The notes below the pieces were generated by a model, which was not told where the DNA came from, did not search any database, and was given only the letters and a program-made list of their open reading frames with translations. Below are positions 30,471-38,411 of a DNA stretch of 52,261 nucleotides, one piece after another. This DNA comes from an uncultured Thermoplasmatales archaeon (GTDB lineage: Archaea > Thermoplasmatota > E2 > DHVEG-1), in assembly GCA_964384785.1 (NCBI GenBank), contig CAYLLH010000077.1:1-52261 (forward strand), in the 5' to 3' direction. The translations under genes were made by a program, and so were the position numbers. Numbering within the stretch: position 1 is the stretch's first letter; every line of letters starts with the position of its first letter.

Positions 30471-30504
30471 TATCGAAAAACGATATCGGTATTCGATATA
30501 TAAA
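30471..30504 (-). promoter_or_regulatory. Tandem operator TATCG-N5-CGATA x2 plus TATA box of the padR-fetAB operon
   Basis: TATCGaaaaaCGATA (30471-30485) and TATCGgtattCGATA (30484-30498), abutting TTTATATA on the - strand (30497-30504) and lying just upstream of the padR ATG. Confidence 0.75.
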
Positions 30505-30563
30505 TTTTATTAAAGTAACAAAAAATGATAAAATTAAAAAATTAAAGAAACTAAGATACTTTT

Positions 30564-30701
30564 TTATGCCGAGGTAGTTATTATTGGGCTTTTTTTGTAT
30601 ATGTGATCCAGTTTTAACTTTAGATTTCCCCCGCATAACGGACAAGACCTTAATCTTCTTGTGAAACGTGCATGGCATTTTTCGCATTTCATATCAATCA
30701 T
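30564..30701 (-). CDS. Small zinc-ribbon protein, not in the ORF track
   Basis: Hand-translated 45 aa MIDMKCEKCHARFTRRLRSCPLCGGNLKLKLDHIYKKSPIITTSA; CxxC..CPxCGG; GAGGG upstream. Confidence 0.6.
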   Translation of the reverse strand: MIDMKCEKCHARFTRRLRSCPLCGGNLKLKLDHIYKKSPIITTSA

Positions 30702-30876
30702 ATTTTTCCCTCAGAACTAAAAAGTTAATTTCACAGTATAAAAAATTGACGTTTTAATAATCGACTTATGACGAAAAAAATTAAATATATAAAATTAATT
30801 TAACTAATCTAACAGAAACACTAACATTCTTGCTAAATCATAAAAATATGTTAAAAAAATACAATTTTTAATAATT

Positions 30877-32679
30877 CTATTTTTTATTTAATAATCCACC
30901 ATGTTTATATATCTCAATTTGTGATTTTGAAAAAGGTTTAGCATGATAAGTTTCATTTTTTGTTTTATTTTTTATCAAACCTGTTTCAAAATCAACCTCA
31001 AGGATATCTTTATCATCAATTTTTTTTGTTATACCCTCGACTATCATTATCGGCATAGCATTATTGATCGCGTTTCTTTCATAGATTGATCCAAATGATT
31101 CAGCTATAATCACACTTACACCAAGACTTTTGAAACAATCAACAGCTTGCTGACGGCTGCTTCCACATCCAAAGTTTTTACCAGCAACTACTATATCACC
31201 CGGTTCTACTTTTTTTGCAAAATCTTCATAACCTTTTAGATTATCAAAAGTATATTGACCCATTTCTTCAATATCTGTGATACTAAGATATCGGTTATGA
31301 TATATCATATCTGTATCAATGTTATCCTTCTGAATCAACCATGCTCGTCCTTCAACTTCCATCGGTGAATCATATTTTTTTGTTTTTTGTTTTGATTCAA
31401 AAATTTTTTCAGAGGATATTTTTGCTTTTTCAGCATTACTAGGGATTCTATCCTCAGTATTTATGTACCCTGAAACAAGGGATGCTGCAACTGTCGCTGG
31501 AGATGCAAGATATACATCTCCTTTTCCTTGTTTACCTGTATAATTACGGTTTCCAGTTGAAACTTCTACTTCGAATTCACCTGTTTGACCAATTTGACCT
31601 GCAGCACAACCTGCGCATCCTGCACTTCCAATAAGCGCTCCTGCATCTTTGAATATTTTAATAAGTCCTTCATCAAGACATTGTTTCCAAAGTTTATCAG
31701 TACTTGGAACTATTTTTAAAACACGATCTGGTGAAATTTTTTTGTTTTTCAAAACTTCTGCAGCAGAACGCATATCAGAAATACGGCCATTGGTACAACT
31801 ACCTATGAAACCAGAGTCTACTTTTACATTTTTTAATTGATTCACTTTTACTACATCTTCAGGATGACCTGGTCTAGATATCATTGGTTTGATGTCATCA
31901 ATATCGATTTCTATTGTTTTTTCATAATCTGCATCATCATCTGCATATACAGGTTCAACTGAGACATTCATTTTTTTGTAAAAATCTAAAACATATTTGT
32001 TTGGTGGGAAAAAAATTATTAACCCTCCCATCTCAGTTGCCATAGAAGCAATAGTGATTCGCCCATCTAAAGATAATTCATCAATATATTCTCCATATAT
32101 TTCACAAGCATAACCAAGAAGTCCATTTGCTCCAATTTTTTCAAGCATCTTAAGAACAACATCTTTAGCAGAAGTTTTTTTGTCAGGTTTACCTTTTAAA
32201 ACAATTTTAAGAGTAGGCGGGACCTTGAACCAGATTTTTCCATGAGCCCAAGCATGAGCAATATCTTTATCGCCCATTCCCTGTCCAAAAGCACCAATAG
32301 CACCCAAAATATTTGCATGAGAATCAGTACTTATTATTGTGCCACCAGGTTTTGCGATACCTTCATCAATTACAATATGTGTTCCTATTCCCTGGTTTAT
32401 ATCATAAACTTTGATGTTGTTTTTTCTAGCGAAACGACGACATATATGCTGATTTGCGGCATATTTTTGATCACAACCACCAGGGTTACAGTCAAAAGTA
32501 AAAAATGTTTTTTCAGGATCATCAACAGAAAGATTATTTTCTTCAAGATTTTTAACTACATTTGCTCCACCGAAATCACGAGCTGCTCGTACATCAATAG
32601 TTATATCTATTATATCTCCAATTTTTGCTTCCTGAATGGAATGTTTTTCAAAAATTTTTTGAATTATAGTCTTACCCAT
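30877..32679 (-). CDS. Aconitase-family hydratase, fused large (LeuC/HacA-like) and small (LeuD/HacB-like) subunits
   Basis: TDSH, GSCTNGR, GCAGC (Fe-S ligands), STGNRNY.G.QG, LASP; C-terminal swivel domain NIDTD..Y, GKNFGCGSSR, ERNAIN. Confidence 0.88.
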   Translation of the reverse strand: MGKTIIQKIFEKHSIQEAKIGDIIDITIDVRAARDFGGANVVKNLEENNLSVDDPEKTFFTFDCNPGGCDQKYAANQHICRRFARKNNIKVYDINQGIGTHIVIDEGIAKPGGTIISTDSHANILGAIGAFGQGMGDKDIAHAWAHGKIWFKVPPTLKIVLKGKPDKKTSAKDVVLKMLEKIGANGLLGYACEIYGEYIDELSLDGRITIASMATEMGGLIIFFPPNKYVLDFYKKMNVSVEPVYADDDADYEKTIEIDIDDIKPMISRPGHPEDVVKVNQLKNVKVDSGFIGSCTNGRISDMRSAAEVLKNKKISPDRVLKIVPSTDKLWKQCLDEGLIKIFKDAGALIGSAGCAGCAAGQIGQTGEFEVEVSTGNRNYTGKQGKGDVYLASPATVAASLVSGYINTEDRIPSNAEKAKISSEKIFESKQKTKKYDSPMEVEGRAWLIQKDNIDTDMIYHNRYLSITDIEEMGQYTFDNLKGYEDFAKKVEPGDIVVAGKNFGCGSSRQQAVDCFKSLGVSVIIAESFGSIYERNAINNAMPIMIVEGITKKIDDKDILEVDFETGLIKNKTKNETYHAKPFSKSQIEIYKHGGLLNKK

Positions 32680-32698
32680 CTAAAATTCACCAAAACCT

Positions 32699-33481
32699 TT
32701 ATTTTTTTTCTTTAGGAATATCTTGTTCCTTAGGGCCATCATACCCCGCCTCAACTTTAAACATTTTTCTCATAGGTTTAAAATCAGTTTGCTCTTCATA
32801 TACTTGAGCAGTAAGACCAGCTACACGCCCCAGTAAGAAAAAACCTTTGCCAAGACGCCAGTCAAAACCCATATCACTACTAATAGCAGCAATAGCTCCA
32901 TCAACATTTATAGGAAGTTTACGACCCAGTTTTTTTTCTAGTTCTTTTTCAATAGATTTTGCAAGAGCTATATGATCACCATTTATACCAAGTTCTTCTG
33001 ATAATTCAAATAAACGTTTAGTCCTCGGGTCTTCGGTATGTACTCGATGCCCAAAACCAAGAATCCGTTCATGTTTTTCACGAGATTCCTTTACTAAAAT
33101 CTCAGCGGTTTCTTCAATGGAGAGTTTTTCTTTTTCCATACGTTTTATTCCATGTTGAAAAAACTTTGCCCCTTTCTCAATTGCTCCTCCATGAGCATCA
33201 CCGATACTTAAAACCCCTGCTGCAACAGCTGTAGGTAAAGGAACACCGCCACTAGCAACCACACGAGATGCCATAGCACTAGGTGGTGTCACTCCATGAT
33301 CAATACAAGCCGTAAGAATGGCATCCATCATTTTACCATGTTCTTTAGATGGCAGCTCGCCTTTTAAAAGTAAATAGACAACATGAGCGAAAGGAATATT
33401 TCCAATCAAATCTTCCTGACGATAACCTCGAGTTACAAGATGATTAGGTTCAACTTTTGTTATTTTACTATCCCATTCCAT
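32699..33481 (-). CDS. Citryl-CoA lyase (short citrate-synthase-fold protein)
   Basis: 260 aa; DHGVTPPS, HGGA, GFGHRVH..DPR, NVDG, GR..GL. The length fits the stand-alone citryl-CoA lyase class rather than a full citrate synthase. Confidence 0.82.
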   Translation of the reverse strand: MEWDSKITKVEPNHLVTRGYRQEDLIGNIPFAHVVYLLLKGELPSKEHGKMMDAILTACIDHGVTPPSAMASRVVASGGVPLPTAVAAGVLSIGDAHGGAIEKGAKFFQHGIKRMEKEKLSIEETAEILVKESREKHERILGFGHRVHTEDPRTKRLFELSEELGINGDHIALAKSIEKELEKKLGRKLPINVDGAIAAISSDMGFDWRLGKGFFLLGRVAGLTAQVYEEQTDFKPMRKMFKVEAGYDGPKEQDIPKEKK

Positions 33482-33488
33482 ATTTTTT

Positions 33489-34979
33489 TCACTCCTTAAC
33501 TCTATAAATCACATCTAAAAGCGTTCCATCACGCCATTTAGTAACACCAATTATTTCATCACCAAGATCAAGCTTTGGTGGTCCTCCTGTTTCATCATAA
33601 GCCATATCACGTAAATCCTCAATTTTTACAAGATTAACTTTGTCTTTTACTTTTTTAATTAAATCTTTCCTACGAGGATTAATAGCTATTCCTTCATTTG
33701 TAACAATTGCATCTACTACATCACCAGGTGTTGTAAGGGTAGTTACACTATCTCTAATCACAGGTATTTTTTTTCTAAAAACAGGAACCGTGGCTATTGT
33801 TAATCCTGCTGCTGAGCAGGTGTCTTGATGACCTCCTATTCCATGTAACAACCGTCCATCACTATGTGTGTTAACATTGATATTGAAATCTACATCTACT
33901 TCTGTAGCTCCAACAATGGTTGTATCTAAACCATCTAAAAAACGACCTTTATTTGATGGGTCAGCATAATGCCCAATATCGGTTATGAGTTTACGGTTTT
34001 CAGCTAAAAATCTTATTGATTCCACATCAAAACATTGCAAGCCGTATACATTTTTAACAAGCCCTTTTTTGTACATGTTTACAATATGCTCTGTAACTCC
34101 ACCTGTTTCACAAGATGCAAAAACATTTTTTTCTTCTAGTTTTTCTTCAAGATATTTTAATGCAGCTAGAGATATACCACCAGCTCCTGCTTGAAAAATC
34201 ATACCGTTTTTGATAAGACCTGCTGCATCCATCAAATTAATGCATTCCTTACCTATCCCTAGTTTCATTGGATCAGTTGTTAGTTTTAAAGAGCCACTAA
34301 CAATATTATCGGGATCACCAATGCAGTCAACTTCTACTACATAATCAACATTTTTTTCTGATATTTCTTGAAGTGGACAAGGTCTTTCCACAAGATTATC
34401 TGTTACTACTATTACTTTGTCAGCTTTTTCTACATCTGCCTGGGAATAACAAATTGGTCCAAAAGCACTTTTTCCAATAAGTCCTGTACAGTTACCCCGG
34501 TTATCAGCTGTTGATGCTGCAACAACTGCGATATCAATTTTTAGTTCACCGTTTCTAACAGCCGCCCATCGCCCTCCATGTGAACGTAAAATTACTGGAT
34601 GAGGTAAAGGATTTTTTGAAACATAATCTCCAACTGTTCCATTTATACTTCCTTCAATACGGGTTACTGTTCCTTCTTCAATATGTTCGATAACTGGCTT
34701 ATGTACAGGGAATAAAGCGGTTTGAGCAAGCCGTAGGTTTTTAGCTCCAAGCTCACGAATAGTTTCAAGTGTAAGATTTACTACATAGTCTCCATTCCTT
34801 AGTTGATGATGAAAACTTATTGTCATTCCATCTTTAAGACCACTTTTTTTCAAAGCATCCTTTAAAGTTACTATTTTAGAATCACAACGATTTTTACTAG
34901 CACCAGAAAACGGTTTTATTTTTTCACCATTAAGATCAGTGGGAACATCACGGTCTGCAGCATTTTTCACAAAACCCAT
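33489..34979 (-). CDS. citF: Citrate lyase alpha subunit-like CoA/ACP transferase
   Basis: GLKDGMTISFHH.LRNGD, RSHGGR, GN..G..G, FQAGAGG, LD....GATEVD.DFN.NV, GGHQD, TTPG..VD..VT..GIA.NP, RDG...D. Confidence 0.88.
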   Translation of the reverse strand: MGFVKNAADRDVPTDLNGEKIKPFSGASKNRCDSKIVTLKDALKKSGLKDGMTISFHHQLRNGDYVVNLTLETIRELGAKNLRLAQTALFPVHKPVIEHIEEGTVTRIEGSINGTVGDYVSKNPLPHPVILRSHGGRWAAVRNGELKIDIAVVAASTADNRGNCTGLIGKSAFGPICYSQADVEKADKVIVVTDNLVERPCPLQEISEKNVDYVVEVDCIGDPDNIVSGSLKLTTDPMKLGIGKECINLMDAAGLIKNGMIFQAGAGGISLAALKYLEEKLEEKNVFASCETGGVTEHIVNMYKKGLVKNVYGLQCFDVESIRFLAENRKLITDIGHYADPSNKGRFLDGLDTTIVGATEVDVDFNINVNTHSDGRLLHGIGGHQDTCSAAGLTIATVPVFRKKIPVIRDSVTTLTTPGDVVDAIVTNEGIAINPRRKDLIKKVKDKVNLVKIEDLRDMAYDETGGPPKLDLGDEIIGVTKWRDGTLLDVIYRVKE

Positions 34980-34987
34980 TTTTTTTG

Positions 34988-35509
34988 TTACACCATCCCT
35001 TTTTTGATGTGAAAATCTATAAAATCACAATGATGAACGATTACACTTTCAGCTGAACGTTCACATTTATCTCCTTCATGGCTATGAGCATAAATGATCA
35101 GTACAACTTCGTCAGGAAGACCAAGTTCCCTAGCAAGCAATGCGCCTGATACAGGATGGCGGAATTTTTTACCATACTCTCCTTTCACAACTTTTCCATC
35201 CACAACATCATACTCTAGAAGTTTTCCAACATCATGAAGCAATGCGCCTGCTATCAAAAAATCAAGATTAATATCTTCATCGCGTTCATCAAAAACTGCT
35301 TTAGCAAGATGAGTTATCCTTTTTGTATGATCAGTAAGTTTCCCTGAGTTTTCAAAAAGCAAAGTAAAAGGAACATCCTCAAGTGTTTTCCAACCACGAA
35401 TATCTGATGCTTTTTTCCAAACCTGAACTACTTTATCTTTTAGTTCATCATCCTTAATCCAACTTAATTCTTCAGCAAAAACAGATTCAATCTTTTTTAT
35501 ATCTACCAA
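34988..35509 (-). CDS. HD-domain protein (metal-dependent phosphohydrolase fold)
   Basis: PFTLL, H, GALLHDVGKLLEY, RHP.SG, HSHEG, HHCDF. Start likely TTG 35509 (ORF track gives 35533). Confidence 0.85.
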   Translation of the reverse strand: MVDIKKIESVFAEELSWIKDDELKDKVVQVWKKASDIRGWKTLEDVPFTLLFENSGKLTDHTKRITHLAKAVFDERDEDINLDFLIAGALLHDVGKLLEYDVVDGKVVKGEYGKKFRHPVSGALLARELGLPDEVVLIIYAHSHEGDKCERSAESVIVHHCDFIDFHIKKGMV

Positions 35510-35634
35510 CGAAATACCCCCAGATTGTTTCAATGTAATCCAAAAACTATGATATTAACGTTCTGACTGTTAAATAAAAAAAATTTAAATCAATGAATGA
35601 TTTAATCTTTGGATTTTGAGGAGAATAACATTTC

Positions 35635-35907
35635 ATGAAATATGATGTAGTAGCCGTTGTTTGGAATGATGCATTTGAGTTTGAAGAATCAGAATTGGAT
35701 TCAGATAGTTTTGAGCTTTCACCTACTTTTCAATGTGGGCTTTTAATAGACGAAGATGATGAAAAAATAAGACTTGCGCATAGTTACAGTATTGATCATG
35801 ATGAACATGATTTTATTGTTATACCTAAAGCAATTATTGTTAATAGGAAAAAATTAGGTGAATTTGATAGTAAAACTAAAAAGATAACTCTTTTTAATAA
35901 TATATAA
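35635..35907 (+). CDS. Small acidic hypothetical protein (Sm/SH3-like beta fold suspected)
   Basis: VVWNDA...G.L..ED...I.LA.S...IPK..I pattern; GAGGAG RBS. Confidence 0.65.
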   Translation: MKYDVVAVVWNDAFEFEESELDSDSFELSPTFQCGLLIDEDDEKIRLAHSYSIDHDEHDFIVIPKAIIVNRKKLGEFDSKTKKITLFNNI

Positions 35908-35916
35908 AAAAATTAT

Positions 35917-36153
35917 TCATTCGAAATCTGATCCTAGGTAATAACCACAATAGGAGCATTCATTACCGTCGATAGGTTGATTGCAGTTTGGGCATACTCC
36001 TGAGGTATCAAAATTTTGGATTTCATCCTCTTCTATTGTAGAGCCGCAATCCGGGCAAACATAGGTATTTTCCTCGCCATTGGGGGAAGGCTTCATTGAT
36101 GCACCGCAATTTGGACATACAATTTTTTTTTCCATATCCATCACATATTCCAT
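35917..36153 (-). CDS. Double zinc-ribbon protein
   Basis: CPNCG, CPDCG, CPNC, CSYCG; GGAG upstream. Confidence 0.75.
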   Translation of the reverse strand: MEYVMDMEKKIVCPNCGASMKPSPNGEENTYVCPDCGSTIEEDEIQNFDTSGVCPNCNQPIDGNECSYCGYYLGSDFE

Positions 36154-36268
36154 TTATTTCAACTCCAATACTAAATACTGGTGTAGCATTTTATCTGTTC
36201 TAAAAATAATAATATATAAACTCTTTGTGGTAAAATGTCAAAAAAGCAATACATGAATAGTTGTAAAG

Positions 36269-36379
36269 ATGAAAATGGGAAGGAGAAGAGGTGATTTAGA
36301 GGGGGTAATTGGATGGGCATTCTCTAAAAAACATCTAATTTTTTTTTTGAGGCTTCATCCCTTCCCATTTAACCTTCAT
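36269..36379 (+). other. Long nested intergenic inverted repeat (candidate structured RNA or DNA element)
   Basis: AAATGGGAAGG (36273-36283) pairs with CCTTCCCATTT (36360-36370); nested pairs ATGAA/TTCAT, GAAG/CTTC, AGGTG/CATCT and TTTAGAG/CTCTAAA. Confidence 0.5.
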
Positions 36380-36572
36380 TTTTAGAAATAGTTTAGCTTT
36401 TAAGTTCTTTTTTCGCATATGGGTATTCAAGGACATGTGCAACTCTTGATACATTAGTAAAAAAATAGTATTTTTTGATAAAAAACCTTCTTCTGATAAG
36501 GGTTGTACAGAAACCTTTAATAATTTATAATAAAAAAATATAAATTAGAAAATAAAATAAAGCTGGTGTTCG

Positions 36573-38015
36573 ATGAACTTTAACTCTAGGAGAATTAGGA
36601 AAATAGATGCAATAATAGTAGTAGCACTGATAATTATATCAGCTGTAATACTTTTTGAAGCAGGATATTTTCCAGAAGAAACTGAAAAAGAAACACCAGA
36701 AATGCGTTTTATAAAAGATAATGAAAAGAACACACTCATCTTAGTTTTCATCTCAGGTGAAGATTATAACTGGAATGAATTCGAAATACAAGGGAATTGT
36801 GATACTTCAGATTTGTCAGGTAGTGTTGATCCAAATGATATGATTAAAAATTGTTTCGGGAAAATTGTTATAATATATAAACCCACAGAAGAAATTATTG
36901 GTAGTTGGGTTTTTGAGGAAGAAAAACCTCCAGGCTCAATATTTCTACCAAATAAACAAGTAGTATCTCCAGAGGATGAGGGATCTCATTATAACAAGCT
37001 CTTGGTGAATCGTGAATGGTGGACATGGACAAGTGTTTTTGATAAAGATAGTGATTTAGCTGGTTGGACTATAACTATTAGTTTCATGCATCTAGCAAGA
37101 GGTGATCTTATGGCTACATTGAAACCTGATGCAATGGTTTTAACACTTCATAGCCCTGATGGAGAAGAATACGGTGGTATCATAAATAAGGAACGCGGTC
37201 TTGGTCTTTTAAATAAACCAACATTACAGGCAGGTTCACCTGGTGTAGATATTAAATTTGAAAAATCATGGGTTGAAGGAACTGCATCTGAAGATTGGAA
37301 GATATATGCAGTAGATAACGACATAGATGCAAATCATGACATAATTGTAGATGTAAATTGTCATGTTGAATCAGATCCTATCTGGACGAGTAAAGGACTT
37401 TTTGATAAAGGAGATAACAGCATAGCAAGCTATATTTTTACAGGAGTTGAGATGACTGGAATCATTAAAATTGATGGAAAAGAACACAATGTTAAAGGTA
37501 TCGGTCATCACCATCATACCTGGTCAAATGGTTTGTTAAAATCATTTATTAAAGGCTGGGATTTCTGCCATATGAAACTTGACAATGGATGGAATATATA
37601 CTACAGTAAATATCATTTGATAACATCCGAAAGAAGTCTATCTGATACTTCAAAAATAAACCCATATACTAACGTTATTGTAACAGCAGATAACGGTCAT
37701 ACTATAACTGAACTTAAAAACATACAGATTCAAACAGATTCAAAAACAATTTTTGGAAATGTTAAAATACCTACAAATATAAACATTCAAGCAGAACCAG
37801 ATATAACTCAGACTTTGTTGAAAACCTATGGAATAAAACTTAATATTGATGTTGAAACAGATAATATTTATGAAAAAGTTTTCAATAGTGTTCCAAAAGT
37901 AGGAGTTAATATTGGACGATCAAATATAGATGGCAATCTAGTTTGGACTGAAGATAACAAAAATTATGATGTAGATCTAAAAGGAACAGGTTCTCTTTGG
38001 ACTATGAGACATTAA
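36573..38015 (+). CDS. Membrane-anchored extracellular protein with an AttH/CrtC-like (lipocalin-like beta-barrel) domain
   Basis: N-terminal TM; H...EWW.W motif, G.I.IDG....V.G.G..H.W, GWDF..M.LDNG. Confidence 0.6.
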   Translation: MNFNSRRIRKIDAIIVVALIIISAVILFEAGYFPEETEKETPEMRFIKDNEKNTLILVFISGEDYNWNEFEIQGNCDTSDLSGSVDPNDMIKNCFGKIVIIYKPTEEIIGSWVFEEEKPPGSIFLPNKQVVSPEDEGSHYNKLLVNREWWTWTSVFDKDSDLAGWTITISFMHLARGDLMATLKPDAMVLTLHSPDGEEYGGIINKERGLGLLNKPTLQAGSPGVDIKFEKSWVEGTASEDWKIYAVDNDIDANHDIIVDVNCHVESDPIWTSKGLFDKGDNSIASYIFTGVEMTGIIKIDGKEHNVKGIGHHHHTWSNGLLKSFIKGWDFCHMKLDNGWNIYYSKYHLITSERSLSDTSKINPYTNVIVTADNGHTITELKNIQIQTDSKTIFGNVKIPTNINIQAEPDITQTLLKTYGIKLNIDVETDNIYEKVFNSVPKVGVNIGRSNIDGNLVWTEDNKNYDVDLKGTGSLWTMRH

Positions 38016-38024
38016 AAAAAAATA

Positions 38025-38411
38025 TTATTTTTTTATTTCAACATCCCCAGTATCAGCATCTACTTTTATTTTGTCACCAGTTTTTATTTTTTTAATATCA
38101 ATCTTGTCTACACAGGGAATACCAGATAGAATTGCACCCGTTGCTACAATGGTTTCTGTTTCCTCGTTAATGATGGCTTTAGGTCCCACACCATTTTTTG
38201 CAAGACCATAAATAACATAGCTTCCCACTGTTGATCCTTTTCCACATGGAAAAACAAGGATTTTATCTTTGATGTTTTCTCCTTCAAGAGGATTTCCTTT
38301 TTCAATGATAATACCGGTTTTAGGGTCAACATTTCCATAAAATCCAATCGGTTCCTTGGATACTATTGCTTCCCCTTCTGCTTTCCCTGGACTAATGGTT
38401 CTTCCTTTCAT
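38025..38411 (-). CDS. Aconitase X small (swivel) subunit; phosphomevalonate dehydratase small subunit (DUF126)
   Basis: G.AEGEA.VS..PI.FYG.VDP.TG, GKGSTVGSYV, IP.VD; ATGA overlap with the large-subunit gene. Confidence 0.9.
   Translation of the reverse strand: MKGRTISPGKAEGEAIVSKEPIGFYGNVDPKTGIIIEKGNPLEGENIKDKILVFPCGKGSTVGSYVIYGLAKNGVGPKAIINEETETIVATGAILSGIPCVDKIDIKKIKTGDKIKVDADTGDVEIKK

Noticed and set aside
30442-30687. 81-aa minus-strand ORF in the track
   Set aside because: It runs over the padR promoter/operator; the alternative frame (30564-30701) gives a better zinc-finger protein.
30877-32679. Calling the aconitase-family gene leuC/leuD of leucine biosynthesis
   Set aside because: No leuA/leuB nearby, the subunits are fused, the active-site motifs are atypical, and the context is catabolic.
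32699-33481. Calling this gene citrate synthase (gltA) of a normal TCA cycle
   Set aside because: At 260 aa it is much shorter than citrate synthases, and the CitF context points to the lyase direction.
36269-36454. Short ORFs on both strands across the intergenic hairpin
   Set aside because: Under 40 aa, they cross a T10 homopolymer and have no motifs; the inverted-repeat structure is the better-supported feature.
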